Virus record (IMG/VR): IMGVR_UViG_3300030744_000156 | Location: 20,442 to 84,441 of that record | Origin: a virus | Taxonomy: Duplodnaviria; Caudoviricetes | Strand: one strand, 5' to 3' | Length of the DNA stretch: 64,000 nt | Shown: positions 43,933 through 54,141 of the stretch, piece by piece | Layout of the letters: every line of letters starts with the position of its first letter | How positions within the stretch are numbered: the stretch's first letter is position 1 | Notes under the pieces: generated by a model | Seen by the model: the letters and a program-made list of their open reading frames with translations, nothing else | Database searches by the model: none | Told to the model about the DNA's origin: nothing | Program-made: the position numbers and the translations under genes

Positions 43933-45179
43933 TGGCTCTCGCATGGAACGGCAGCGACCCGGTTCAGGTCGCGGACACCGAGGACTACGAGGTCGGTGTC
44001 GCGTACCGCACCAACGGCGACATCACCATCTCCCACGTGCGCGTCTGGTCCGGCGCTGGCGAAGAGGACATCACCAACCGCCGTGCCCGCATCTGGACCT
44101 CGGTCGGTGGCCAGCTCGCCGTCGTTACCCTGCCGGACAACCTGACTCCCGGCTGGACACTGCACGCCCTCGACACGCCGCTCGAAGTCACCTCCGGCAC
44201 GACGATCGTCGTGTCGTACATGACCGGCGGCAACTACGGCTCCTTGGCCAGCGCGCTCGACAACGACGTCCCCTCCGCCGATGGCTTGGTTACCGCGCTC
44301 TCGGCAGCAAACGCACCCGGCGGCAACAACGGCCGCTTCAACGAAACCCCCGGCAGCTTCCCCAGCCTCGGAGTCGGCACGCATCCGTTCTACGGGCCGG
44401 ACTTCCAGTACACGGCGGGCATCGGCGGCAACACGGCGCCACGAATCACCGACACCTCCGCCACCGCGGGCGGCCTTGTCGCGACTGCGGCAGCCACGGT
44501 GGAGGACGACGAGTCGCTGACCGGGCTGACGCTGCGGATCGACTGGGGCGACGGGCAGAACAGCACCGTCACCTACCCCACGCTGTCGGCACAGCACACC
44601 TACGCGAGCGCGGGCACCTATCCGCTGCTGTTCCGTGCCACCGACTCCGATGGCCTGTCGGACTACGAAGCCGACTACGTCACCGTTATCGCCGCCGACG
44701 CGGCCGTGAACACGCTGGACGCGGAGGCGATGCAGCAGGCGATCGCCAGCCACGCCATGAAGCTGGGCCAGTTCGACAGCGCTGTCGGCCTGCACGAGCC
44801 GCGCATGCGGCCCACGTCGGATCTGCACGCTGCGTTGTGGCTCAACGGAATCACGCCGATCCGCGCGTCCGGCCTCAACACGGTGTCAGCACGGGTTGAG
44901 TGGCTGTTCCGCATGTACACGGGCGGCGAGCAGGAACCGCAAGACGAGGTCGACGCCAAGGTCCTCACCGCCACAGACCGGTTCATGTCCTCGCTGTGCG
45001 GCGACTTCGACCTTGACGACCACCTCACAGACGGTCTCGTCCGAATGATCGACATCTTCGGCTCGTACGGCACCGGCCTCAACGCCGCAGCTGGGTGGGC
45101 GCGCTGGTCCGACGGCATGTCCAGAGTGGTCACGATCACCATCCCTGTGATTGTCAACGACGTGTGGCAGGAGGCCTGA
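43932..45179 (+). CDS. Tail terminator-like domain fused to N-terminal DUF4082-like and PKD domains
   Basis: YEVGVAYRT...ISHVRVW; IDWGDG...HTYASAGTY; SHAMKLG...HEP...GDFDL...TIPVIVNDVW. Confidence 0.7.
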   Translation: MALAWNGSDPVQVADTEDYEVGVAYRTNGDITISHVRVWSGAGEEDITNRRARIWTSVGGQLAVVTLPDNLTPGWTLHALDTPLEVTSGTTIVVSYMTGGNYGSLASALDNDVPSADGLVTALSAANAPGGNNGRFNETPGSFPSLGVGTHPFYGPDFQYTAGIGGNTAPRITDTSATAGGLVATAAATVEDDESLTGLTLRIDWGDGQNSTVTYPTLSAQHTYASAGTYPLLFRATDSDGLSDYEADYVTVIAADAAVNTLDAEAMQQAIASHAMKLGQFDSAVGLHEPRMRPTSDLHAALWLNGITPIRASGLNTVSARVEWLFRMYTGGEQEPQDEVDAKVLTATDRFMSSLCGDFDLDDHLTDGLVRMIDIFGSYGTGLNAAAGWARWSDGMSRVVTITIPVIVNDVWQEA

Positions 45180-45180
45180 C

Positions 45181-45939
45181 GTGGCAAAGAGTTCCGGCCT
45201 GGGCGACGCGTTCTACATCGGCGGCTACGACCTGTCCGGCGACACCCAGGATCTCGGCGAGGTCGCGGGCGGCTTCACGCCGTTGCTGTCGACCACGATC
45301 GAGATGAGCGCGGTCGCACGCCAGATCGGCGGCAAGCGCGACGGCCGCATGTCCTGGGCTTCGTTCTTCAACGACGCCGCCGGCCGAGCGCACCCTGTTC
45401 TGTCCGCGCTGCCCACCACGGACCGCATCGCCTCCTACTACCGGGGCACCGCGCTCGGCGGGCAGGCGTTCTGCCTGAACGGCAAGCAGATCAACTACGA
45501 CGGCGCCCGCGGCGAAGACGGCGGCTTCATGCTCGCCGTGAACGCCCAAGGCAACGCCTATGGCGGCGAGTGGGGACGCACCCTCACCCTCGGCAAGCGC
45601 ACCGACACGGCCGCGACGAACGGCACCGGCGTGGACTTCGCTGCAGCGTCGTCGTTCGGCTTGCAGGCGTACCTGCAGGTGTTCGCGTTCACCGGCACGG
45701 ACGTGACGGTCAAGTTGCAGGAGTCCAGCGACAACGGGGGCGCTGATGCGTTCGCCGACGTGACCGGTGGCGGGTTCACGCAGATCACCTCCACGACTCC
45801 GCAAGCTCAGCGGATCGAGACCGCGCGGGACCTCGCCGTTGAGCGGTACCTGCGGGTGGTCACCACCACGAGCGCCGGGTTCACCAGCCTGACCTTCGCG
45901 GTTGTCGTGTGCCGCAACGACACCGAAACCCTCTTCTAG
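45181..45939 (+). CDS. Major tail (tube) protein candidate 1
   Basis: AKSSGLGDAFYIGGYDLSGD; position after terminator. Confidence 0.65.
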   Translation: MAKSSGLGDAFYIGGYDLSGDTQDLGEVAGGFTPLLSTTIEMSAVARQIGGKRDGRMSWASFFNDAAGRAHPVLSALPTTDRIASYYRGTALGGQAFCLNGKQINYDGARGEDGGFMLAVNAQGNAYGGEWGRTLTLGKRTDTAATNGTGVDFAAASSFGLQAYLQVFAFTGTDVTVKLQESSDNGGADAFADVTGGGFTQITSTTPQAQRIETARDLAVERYLRVVTTTSAGFTSLTFAVVVCRNDTETLF

Positions 45940-45948
45940 GAGTCCGCC

Positions 45949-46389
45949 ATGCGCCCACTCAACCGAGTCACGCCGCGTCTCCCGGAGGCGATGGCCACCA
46001 CCTACCAGATCTCGGCGCCTGCCCAGACGCACCGGGTCAAGAGGTCCTGCGCGCACGTGCGCTGCGAGCACCATGTCAAGGGCTGGACTTCGCACTGCGA
46101 CCCGAACATCCACGCCGCGCAGATCCACTACATCCGCACCGAATCCGGCCGGCGGTTTGTCGAGCGCGTCACGCCCGAGGGTCTGATTGCGTTCGACTTC
46201 TATCCCGGCCAGGACTGCTTCCGCAGTCCGCACACCGTGCGCAACGAAGACGTCGCCGAGATCTATGTCGTCCGACAGGGCGACTACCGGACTCCGGCCC
46301 CGTACGCGAATCCGGTGCGGATGAGCGGCGACAACTGGCTCGAATCCTTCGCTGCCAACCAGGAGACCTTGGCGCGCCTCAGGGAGTGA
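45949..46389 (+). CDS. Conserved hypothetical protein in tail region (Cys/His)
   Basis: SCAHVRCEHHVKGW...FYPGQDCF..H. Confidence 0.65.
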   Translation: MRPLNRVTPRLPEAMATTYQISAPAQTHRVKRSCAHVRCEHHVKGWTSHCDPNIHAAQIHYIRTESGRRFVERVTPEGLIAFDFYPGQDCFRSPHTVRNEDVAEIYVVRQGDYRTPAPYANPVRMSGDNWLESFAANQETLARLRE

Positions 46390-46449
46390 TGCCAGCGGTT
46401 GGTCTCGCCGAGCTCGCTCAACAACTCAGAGTAAGTCAGGAGCGGTACC

Positions 46450-46484
46450 CCCACTGCCCTCCGTTCATCAAGGAGGGCAGTGGG
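46450..46484 (+). promoter_or_regulatory. 13-bp hairpin sequestering the RBS of the next gene
   Basis: CCCACTGCCCTCC / GGAGGGCAGTGGG; ATG at 46486. Confidence 0.65.
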
Positions 46485-46485
46485 T

Positions 46486-46893
46486 ATGGCCAAGGAGTCC
46501 GGTCTCGGATGGACGACCGCCGCGTTCGACGACAGTGGCGGCGTGGCTCGGAACATCCGCAACGACATCACGAACATCGAGTTCGCCACGCCGCGCGCAG
46601 TGCAGGACATCACCGGTCTCGACAAGTCGGCGATCGAGCGGCTGCTGTTGCTGGCTGACCTGTCGGGCACGGCGAACGGTGTCTTCAACGACGCGGCGAA
46701 CACCGCGCACGACGTGTTCAAGACCGTTCCGTCCACGTCGGTCGCCCGCACCGTCACCCTCACCCACTCCGGCCAGACCCTGGCCGCCGAGTGCGTTCTC
46801 ACCGACTACCCGCTGACCCGCGCCGCCACCGGCGAGCTCACGTGGGCCGTCCCGTTCGCGCTTGCGGACGGGACCGTTCCCACGTGGGCATGA
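46486..46893 (+). CDS. Tail tube protein candidate 2
   Basis: AKESGLG...QDITGLDKSAIERLLLLAD...GELTW; precedes the chaperone. Confidence 0.7.
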   Translation: MAKESGLGWTTAAFDDSGGVARNIRNDITNIEFATPRAVQDITGLDKSAIERLLLLADLSGTANGVFNDAANTAHDVFKTVPSTSVARTVTLTHSGQTLAAECVLTDYPLTRAATGELTWAVPFALADGTVPTWA

Positions 46894-46920
46894 CCCGCTA
46901 ACCGTCCAGAGGGGACAGAG

Positions 46921-47352
46921 ATGGGATTCCGCCCGAAAGTCCATCACCTGACGTTCGAGGAGTTCGAGGACCCGGAGAACCCAGGTGACTCGCTGTTCGC
47001 GGACGTCGTCAAGCCGTCAGTTATCGAAACGATCCAGATGACCGCTGGGCGGCGGGAGGACGAGGACAGCGAAGCGTTCACGCGCCGCTGCCTCGGCTAC
47101 CTCGCCCCGCGCATCAAGGCGTGGAACGTCGAGGACCTCGAGGGACAGCCGACCCCGCGCACGGTGGAGGGATTGCTCAACACCGAGGAAGAAGTGGTGG
47201 TCGCAATCCTCAAGAAGTGGCGGCAGCTCAACGAACCGGAGCCCGCCACGGCCCCTTTGGACGGCAGCTCCGAGACGACATTGACCGCTGGGCCTTCATC
47301 CGGGCACAGCGCGGCGATCTTGGAGATGGAGCACTCGATCCCAACGACCTAG
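46921..47352 (+). CDS. Tail assembly chaperone (short form)
   Basis: IKAWNVEDLEGQPTP; upstream of tape measure. Confidence 0.8.
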   Translation: MGFRPKVHHLTFEEFEDPENPGDSLFADVVKPSVIETIQMTAGRREDEDSEAFTRRCLGYLAPRIKAWNVEDLEGQPTPRTVEGLLNTEEEVVVAILKKWRQLNEPEPATAPLDGSSETTLTAGPSSGHSAAILEMEHSIPTT

Positions 47353-47528
47353 CCCGGCTGCCCGAGGAGGTCGAGTACTCGCTGTGGCTGCTCGCCCAGT
47401 GCCAGCGGTTCTCGAAGCTTCCCGAGGAGATCGAGGAGTCCAGCGGGGTGCTGATGAAGCACCTCGAACACGAAACGTTGGTCGCCCAAGCGGTGGCACG
47501 GCACAGGAAGCGGGGTGAGCCCCAGTGA
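46921..47528 (+). CDS. Tail assembly chaperone, -1 frameshifted long form (slip site CCCTTTG at 47253-47259)
   Basis: C CCT TTG is an in-frame X XXY YYZ; the -1 frame is open to 47528 and overlaps the TMP start. Confidence 0.75.
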
Positions 47529-49642
47529 ACAAGGTCGAACTCGTTGTCACGGGCCAAGACCGTTCCAAGGGTGCCGTGTCTGGTCCGAAGAAGGAACTCT
47601 CCGAGGTCGAAAAGGCGGCCACCAAAGCCACCGCTGCGGCGAAGACTCTGAACGAGGAACTGGCCGACGGTCTCGACAAGCGCGGCGGAATGAGCAATGC
47701 GGAGAAGGCGCTCACGAGGCTGAGTAAGGCGGCTGATGCCGCTTTCGACGACGTCAAGACCAAGATGGAGGAGGCGTTCGAGGGGGCCGGGAAGGGCGAC
47801 GCCGAACATAAGATCAAGATCAGGGCTGAGCTGGACAAGGAAGCTCTCAAGGGCAGCGTGGGCGACGCTCTCGGCGGCGTCGACTTTTTCGGCGGCAAGG
47901 ACGCCGTTCGCGGCGGCCTAGGAGGGAAGCTTCTCGAAGGGCTGCTCAAAGGCCCCGAGATCGTCAAGGCCGGAGCGAAGGGTGCTGTCGACTTCGTCGG
48001 CGGCCTCAGTGGTGGCCTGAAGAACCAGCATCCCGCTGTGCAAGCCGCCGTGTACGGGACGCTGGCGGTTGCGATCGCGGCGGCAGCTCCTCTTGCCGGC
48101 GGTGCGCTTGCGGGCGGCCTCGTCGCAAGCTTCGGTGCAGGCATCGGTGTGCTGGGCATCATCGCCGCAGCGCAGTCCACGAAAGTCCAAGAGTCGTACT
48201 CCCTGATGTGGACCCAGGTCGTCGCTCAAACCAGGCAGGCAGCGACGCCACTGGAGCAGACGCTCACCGACTTCGCGGGCCGCTCCATGACCACGTTCTC
48301 GAAGATGCGGCACAGCCTCGCCGAGGCATTCGTGGACCTCGCCCCCGGCCTGGATCGACTGGGTGACGGCCTGCTCAAGACCATCCAGCGGTTCGAACCA
48401 GCCCTGCGTCCGCTGGCAACCGCCACCACCGCGGTGTTCACCGATCTCGGGGACCGTCTGCCGGACATCATCGGCGGCATCGCGGACGCCATGAGCGACC
48501 TTTCGAGCGAGATCTCCGAAAGCCCTGAAGCTCTCGGTGACCTGCTTGCCGCTGGCGGCCAGGTGATCGAGTGGGGCATCGAGTTCATCGGGGTCCTGAA
48601 CTCCATCTGGAACCAGTACAAGGCCGCATTCGACGTCATCTCGACGCCGCTGGAGTGGATCGGTCTCAAAGATGGCGCTGACGCGGCCAGTGACACCTCG
48701 ACCGCGCTTGAGGAAGTAGCGTCCGCGTCCTACAACGCCCAGAGCCCAGCGCAAACTCTCGACCAGATCTTCGACGACATGGCCGAGTCCGCCGGCGACG
48801 TCGCGTCGCGGGGCAGCGACATCGTGAAGATCCTCGACGTGCTCGCTGGCCGTGCCCCTGGTTTCGAGGAGGCCGTGCAGGGCTTCAACGACGTCATGCG
48901 GGACATCTCTGAAACGTTCGGCAAGACCGGTGCCGCCGCTGACGGCTGGGGCAAGGCGCTGATCAACGCGGACGGAACCGTGAACACCGCAACCGAGAAC
49001 GGTTCGAAGCTGCAGGACATGATGGGGGACCTGCAGAGCGAGTTCAGCAACCTCGCTGCCAGCACCCGTGACCTTGAAGCATCGGGCATGAGCCACGACG
49101 CCGCGGTCAAGCAGGTCACCGAGTCGATGGCGAGGCAGCGGGACCAGCTCATCGAGAACGCGTGGCGCATGGGGTTGACCAAGGACCAGATGCGGGCGCT
49201 GCTCGACACCTACGGCCTCAACCCCAAGAACCTGCTCACCGTTGCGACGCTCGATGATGCTGGCGCGCGGGGCCGCCTCGCGGACCTTTTGACGCCGCGG
49301 ACGTTGTGGATCGAGCCGCGGCTGACGTCGACTGGTTTGGGTGCTGGCGTACCGAAGCTCAGTGGACCGGCCAAGGCGCATGCGGTCGGTGGTCCGGACG
49401 GTGGCGGCTGGATGACGGTCGGCGAGATGGGCCCCGAGCGGGTGAAGCTCCCGCCTGGCGCGCAGGTGTATCCGGCTACCCGTTCGCAGCCGTTGCTGCA
49501 GCAGCAAGGCGGTTCGTCGGGCGGCACCGGGGTGTTTCAGGTGAACCTGATGCTCGACGGAACGGTGCTCGCCAGGCTGATCGTCGATCCCATGAAGGGG
49601 GTTGTCCGCAACCGCGGCGGCGATCCGGGGGTGTTCGGCTGA
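47525..49642 (+). CDS. Tape measure protein (705 aa)
   Basis: A/G-rich helical; C-terminal HAVGG...VGEMGPE. Confidence 0.9.
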   Translation: MNKVELVVTGQDRSKGAVSGPKKELSEVEKAATKATAAAKTLNEELADGLDKRGGMSNAEKALTRLSKAADAAFDDVKTKMEEAFEGAGKGDAEHKIKIRAELDKEALKGSVGDALGGVDFFGGKDAVRGGLGGKLLEGLLKGPEIVKAGAKGAVDFVGGLSGGLKNQHPAVQAAVYGTLAVAIAAAAPLAGGALAGGLVASFGAGIGVLGIIAAAQSTKVQESYSLMWTQVVAQTRQAATPLEQTLTDFAGRSMTTFSKMRHSLAEAFVDLAPGLDRLGDGLLKTIQRFEPALRPLATATTAVFTDLGDRLPDIIGGIADAMSDLSSEISESPEALGDLLAAGGQVIEWGIEFIGVLNSIWNQYKAAFDVISTPLEWIGLKDGADAASDTSTALEEVASASYNAQSPAQTLDQIFDDMAESAGDVASRGSDIVKILDVLAGRAPGFEEAVQGFNDVMRDISETFGKTGAAADGWGKALINADGTVNTATENGSKLQDMMGDLQSEFSNLAASTRDLEASGMSHDAAVKQVTESMARQRDQLIENAWRMGLTKDQMRALLDTYGLNPKNLLTVATLDDAGARGRLADLLTPRTLWIEPRLTSTGLGAGVPKLSGPAKAHAVGGPDGGGWMTVGEMGPERVKLPPGAQVYPATRSQPLLQQQGGSSGGTGVFQVNLMLDGTVLARLIVDPMKGVVRNRGGDPGVFG

Positions 49643-52530
49643 TGGCCCACGTCAACGACATCGTCACACGCTTGTACCTCGACGGGGTCTGGCGTGATGT
49701 GTCCACGCATGTCCGCGCCGAGGACGGCATCAGCTACCAGCGGGGTCGGCAGGGCGAGGACAACACCACTCCGCCGCAGGAGTGCTCGCTGGTGCTCGAC
49801 AACAGTGCGAGCAAGGGCGACGGGGACTACACCGAACGGAACCCGCTCGGCCAGTGGTATGGGCACCTCAAAAGGTTCACGCCGGCAGAGGTCGCGATCC
49901 GCACCGTGAAGGACACGTGTACCGCGACCGCGTCCAGCAGCTGGGGTACCACCGATACGCACGCCGACGGGGCGTGGGATGTGCTGACGTGGACCAACAC
50001 CGGCGGGTCCGCGGGCGACTTCAACAAGGCCGCCGGTAAGGCCACTCACCTCATCGGCGCCGCCAACTCCAACCGCTTCTCCCATCTCGCCAACCTGTCC
50101 CAGCGCGACGTGAACTTCGCGGTCACGTTCTCGCTGTCGTTCAGCAACGTGACAGGAGGCGTGGTCGGCACGGACTACCTGATGCGCGGGCAAAGCCTGG
50201 GCTCGTACTACGCGGCAAGGGTGCTGATTCAGACAGACGAATCCGTCGAGATCAACATCGTGGACGCGGCCGGCACCAGCCTCATCGGCGGCCCCGAGGT
50301 CGTCGCCGGGTTGACGCATTCCTCGTCGCAGCCCCTGCGGATGCGCATGCAGTGCGAAGGCCAGACGGTGCGGGCGAAGATCTGGAACGCCAACAGCGAC
50401 GAACCGTTCGACTGGGACGTCTCCTTCACCGACGAAGGTGACAACGCCACCACCCTGGCCCTGCGTGACGCCGCCGGGTTCGTCGGTATCCGGTCGATCG
50501 TCGGCGCCGGCAACACGAACGTTCCGGTGACCCTGTCCTACGACGACATCGAGGTCTCCTCGATGATTACCACCGGCGAGGTTGCTTCGTGGCCACAGAA
50601 CCGGGACGAAACCGGCAACGACCAGACCGTGCGGATCACCATCGGCGGCCCGAAGCGCCGGCTCACCGCCGCCAAGACGCTGGCCCGTTCCGCGCTGTAC
50701 CAGTTCTTCCTCGTCAACGCGCTCGGCGGTTTCAAACCGACACCGCACGCCTACTTCCCGCTGGAAGATGACACCCAGACCGCGACCGACTTCATCGCGG
50801 AAGCAACCGGTGGACTGTCGCGCCTGAAGTTCGTGCCGTCCAGCGTCAGTTCCACCGTCAGCAAAGTGACCTGGGGCGGCGACACCACCCGCCCCGGCGC
50901 GAGAAAAGCAGCGACACTCACCGGCGGCGGGCATCTCATCGCGACACTGAGCCCTCCCACAGGCGAGTCGACGTGGGGTGCGACCTGGCAGGCGAAGTTC
51001 AACTACTCGGACGGGGCGCACGCAGTCCTGGGCACCCTGCCGACACCGGACGCCCCGATCTACCTCACGCTCGACATCGCCGCCGACACCACCACGCTCG
51101 AGTTCCGGTTGGACGGCGGCGGTGCGACGGTGCCATCGATGCTGGTCCACGACTTCGGCACCAAAGAAGAAGTCGAGGAGTGGCACACCATCCAGGTTGA
51201 TGCCAGCCAGAACGGTGCCGACGTCGACTTCTTCCTCACCGTTGACGGCGAGGTAACCGACTCCCACACGCAGGCGGGTTTCACGCTGCGAGGCCTGTAC
51301 ACCGTGCAGCTCAGCTCGACCGTCAACGCCAGCGGCGCCACAGGCTTCTCCCACCTCGCCGTGTACGGCTCCGACATCACCACGCTCGATTCGTTCGGGG
51401 TGGACCTCGCCGGGCGTGGCAATCCTGGCGAGAACCCTGTGTACCGGGCGAAGCGGGTTGCTCAGGAGTACGGCTTCGAGTTCGACTGGATCGGATACGG
51501 CGGGGTCACCGGCGTCCCCGACGTGTTAGGGCCAGGCGAAGGCGACGGCCGCACGATGGGAGCGCAACGCGTCGTCAACGTGATCGACCTCCTCAACGAT
51601 GCGGAGCAGGTCGACGGCGGTCTGCTGTACGAGCAGCGTTCCGTTGCGGGCTTCGAGTTCCGGACGCTGCGTTCCATGTTCTCCCGGTCGAGTTGGCTGA
51701 CCCTCGACATGGGCACCAGCAAGCATCTCTCCCCGCCGCTCGTGCCGACATCGGACGACCGCAACATCACCAACCGGTACACGGCTCGCCGCGCAGACGG
51801 CGGCGAGTACGTGTACACGCTTGAGGCTGGCCCGATGTCGACGCTGTCCCCCGACGAGGGCGGCATCGGCCTGATGGACAGCGGCGACTCGTTCAACCTG
51901 GAAAGCGAAACGTCGCTGCCGGACACAGCCTCCTACCAGGTTGCACGCGGCACGATCGACCAGGAGCGGTACCCGGCGGTCACCGTCGAGCTTCACCGGC
52001 CCGCTGTCTACAACACTGCCGGGCTGGTCGCGAAGGTCAGGGACCTCAACGTCGGTGACCAGGTCACGTTGGCCGGTATGGCGTCGAACGGCATCTACGA
52101 CGACCGCGACGTGCTGGTTCTTGGCTACACCGGCCAGTTGGACCGGTTCCGGCACACGCTCAAGCTCGTCACGACCCCAGCCGAGCTGCTGCGGGTGTGG
52201 ACACCAGGCAGTACGACGTCGTCGGCGTCGGAGTTCGCGCGCGGGGACTCGGACTACACGACGATCGACGAGGACCTCACCCTCACCGAAACGGACGTGA
52301 CGATCGAGGTCGAGTCGAATCGGGCGTTCTGGGTGAACAGCACCAGCCATCCCAACAACTTTCCGTTCGACGTGATGTGCGGCGGCGAACGAATGACCGT
52401 CACCGCCGGCACCGCGCCGTCTGGGCAGAACCAGACGTGGACCGTCACGCGGTCCGTGAACGGCGTGGAGAAAACACACACAGCGGGAGCGAAGATCACG
52501 CTCGCCGAACCGAACTACATGGGACTGTGA
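49642..52530 (+). CDS. Large minor tail / tail-tip protein (962 aa)
   Basis: WRDVS..VR...ISYQRGR Dit-like start; LamG-like YFPLED; follows TMP. Confidence 0.8.
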   Translation: MAHVNDIVTRLYLDGVWRDVSTHVRAEDGISYQRGRQGEDNTTPPQECSLVLDNSASKGDGDYTERNPLGQWYGHLKRFTPAEVAIRTVKDTCTATASSSWGTTDTHADGAWDVLTWTNTGGSAGDFNKAAGKATHLIGAANSNRFSHLANLSQRDVNFAVTFSLSFSNVTGGVVGTDYLMRGQSLGSYYAARVLIQTDESVEINIVDAAGTSLIGGPEVVAGLTHSSSQPLRMRMQCEGQTVRAKIWNANSDEPFDWDVSFTDEGDNATTLALRDAAGFVGIRSIVGAGNTNVPVTLSYDDIEVSSMITTGEVASWPQNRDETGNDQTVRITIGGPKRRLTAAKTLARSALYQFFLVNALGGFKPTPHAYFPLEDDTQTATDFIAEATGGLSRLKFVPSSVSSTVSKVTWGGDTTRPGARKAATLTGGGHLIATLSPPTGESTWGATWQAKFNYSDGAHAVLGTLPTPDAPIYLTLDIAADTTTLEFRLDGGGATVPSMLVHDFGTKEEVEEWHTIQVDASQNGADVDFFLTVDGEVTDSHTQAGFTLRGLYTVQLSSTVNASGATGFSHLAVYGSDITTLDSFGVDLAGRGNPGENPVYRAKRVAQEYGFEFDWIGYGGVTGVPDVLGPGEGDGRTMGAQRVVNVIDLLNDAEQVDGGLLYEQRSVAGFEFRTLRSMFSRSSWLTLDMGTSKHLSPPLVPTSDDRNITNRYTARRADGGEYVYTLEAGPMSTLSPDEGGIGLMDSGDSFNLESETSLPDTASYQVARGTIDQERYPAVTVELHRPAVYNTAGLVAKVRDLNVGDQVTLAGMASNGIYDDRDVLVLGYTGQLDRFRHTLKLVTTPAELLRVWTPGSTTSSASEFARGDSDYTTIDEDLTLTETDVTIEVESNRAFWVNSTSHPNNFPFDVMCGGERMTVTAGTAPSGQNQTWTVTRSVNGVEKTHTAGAKITLAEPNYMGL

Positions 52531-52539
52531 GGGCTCACC

Positions 52540-52968
52540 ATGGGCATTCTGGCGGGCCAGAAGGTAACAGCCGACGAGTACAACGCCGACGTCACCGACT
52601 ACCTCCACGTCATCCTCGCAGCCGACGAGACGGTCACCACGACGCTCACGGACGTCACAGGCGTGACCTCGACGTTCACGACGCCGGTCGCCAACACCGA
52701 AGTCAAGGTCACCGCGATGTGCGATGTCGGCATCAGCGGCACCACCGACTTCGCCGTGATCACCTGCGTGGTCGACGGCGTGACACAAACAGGAAACGCG
52801 AAGCTCCTGGGCAATGTGCGGACGACGATTTACGGCGAATGGGTCGTGACCTTGGCGACCGCCGGATCGCACACCATCAAGCTGCAAAGACAGAAAATCA
52901 ACAACGCGAACACAGTCGTCCTTTATGGATCGCACTCAAAGATGACCATTGAAGGCAACGGGATCTAG
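52540..52968 (+). CDS. Minor tail protein
   Basis: AGQKVTA..YN start; beta-rich. Confidence 0.65.
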   Translation: MGILAGQKVTADEYNADVTDYLHVILAADETVTTTLTDVTGVTSTFTTPVANTEVKVTAMCDVGISGTTDFAVITCVVDGVTQTGNAKLLGNVRTTIYGEWVVTLATAGSHTIKLQRQKINNANTVVLYGSHSKMTIEGNGI

Positions 52969-52980
52969 GAAGGAGTGAGC

Positions 52981-53847
52981 ATGGCGCCTTTCAGCAGCAG
53001 TCGTCCTGGACGCCCGTGGTTCGTGACCGTGCACACCGGTGAGGGAATCCTCGACGCCGACGACATGGCGGCGTTCCTTGACGGCAATCCCAACGCCAGT
53101 GCGCATGCGGCGTCGGACGCGGAAGAGGTGCGGGCGCCGCTGGTGCCGTATCTCCGCGCGGCATGGACCGCCGGCGCCACGGCGAACGACTGGGGCCTGC
53201 ACATCGAGGTGTGCGCCTTCGTCGCGTTGTCGCGCGAGCAGTGGCTGTCCGAAGAGGACGTCGACGTCTGGGTCCCGTACCTGAACAAGGGCGCCGGGGC
53301 GTGGCGGCGAATCCGTTCGCCGCGGTCGATGCTGCGGAACACCGCCGCGTGGGTGCGTGCGAGGTGCGACGAGTTCGGCATCACCAAACGCAAGATCACC
53401 GCAACCGATCTGCGCAACGACGTGGACGGCATCTGCGGACACGCCGACACCAGTGCGGCGTGGAGAGAAACCGACCACACCGACCCCGGCAAAAACTGGC
53501 CGTGGGATGTGTTCATCGCGATGGTCAACGACCAGGACGTTCAGCCAGAGGAGGACTTCCCAATGATGATCATGGGCCAGGACGGCAAGTACTACGACGC
53601 CCCACAGGTCTTCTTCTGGATGGACCAGAACCTCCACACCCTGATCGCCAAGGTCGACGCGCTCACCGACGCAATCTCCGACGACGAAGCCAACGTCATC
53701 GCCGCGGTGCGCGCGCAGAACAGCGGCGGCCAGGACGGCGGCCCCGTCGACGTTGTCGCCCTCGCGAACGCCCTCACGGAGCGCCTGTCTCCCGAGATGC
53801 GCAAGGCACTGGCCGACGTCCTCAAGCGCGGCACCGACGCAGCCTGA
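52981..53847 (+). CDS. Endolysin, N-acetylmuramoyl-L-alanine amidase (type 2)
   Basis: VHTGEG, ASAH, GLHIE, ICGH, HTDPG..WPW. Confidence 0.88.
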   Translation: MAPFSSSRPGRPWFVTVHTGEGILDADDMAAFLDGNPNASAHAASDAEEVRAPLVPYLRAAWTAGATANDWGLHIEVCAFVALSREQWLSEEDVDVWVPYLNKGAGAWRRIRSPRSMLRNTAAWVRARCDEFGITKRKITATDLRNDVDGICGHADTSAAWRETDHTDPGKNWPWDVFIAMVNDQDVQPEEDFPMMIMGQDGKYYDAPQVFFWMDQNLHTLIAKVDALTDAISDDEANVIAAVRAQNSGGQDGGPVDVVALANALTERLSPEMRKALADVLKRGTDAA

Positions 53848-53898
53848 TCGGACCGCGCACTCATCACCCCACAGCACAACGGATCCAAGGAGGGATGA

Positions 53899-54141
53899 GT
53901 GGGTGACCTCACGCAACTGCTCGGCGCGATCACTGGCCTCGTTACCGCCCTCACCGGTCTCGCCGGCCTGGCGTACGGCATCGTCCGCACGCTCCGCAAA
54001 GAACCACGCCAGGCAGCCAAATCCGGGGCTCAGCTGTACGCGGACGAGATCGCAGCCGCCGCTGAAGACGGCGAGATCACGCCCGAGGAGTTCGCGGCAG
54101 CGCAGCGCCATCTCGAACAGCAGAAAGGAGACCGGCCGTGA
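53899..54141 (+). CDS. Single-TM holin-like protein
   Basis: N-terminal TM then charged tail; follows endolysin. Confidence 0.55.
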   Translation: MGDLTQLLGAITGLVTALTGLAGLAYGIVRTLRKEPRQAAKSGAQLYADEIAAAAEDGEITPEEFAAAQRHLEQQKGDRP

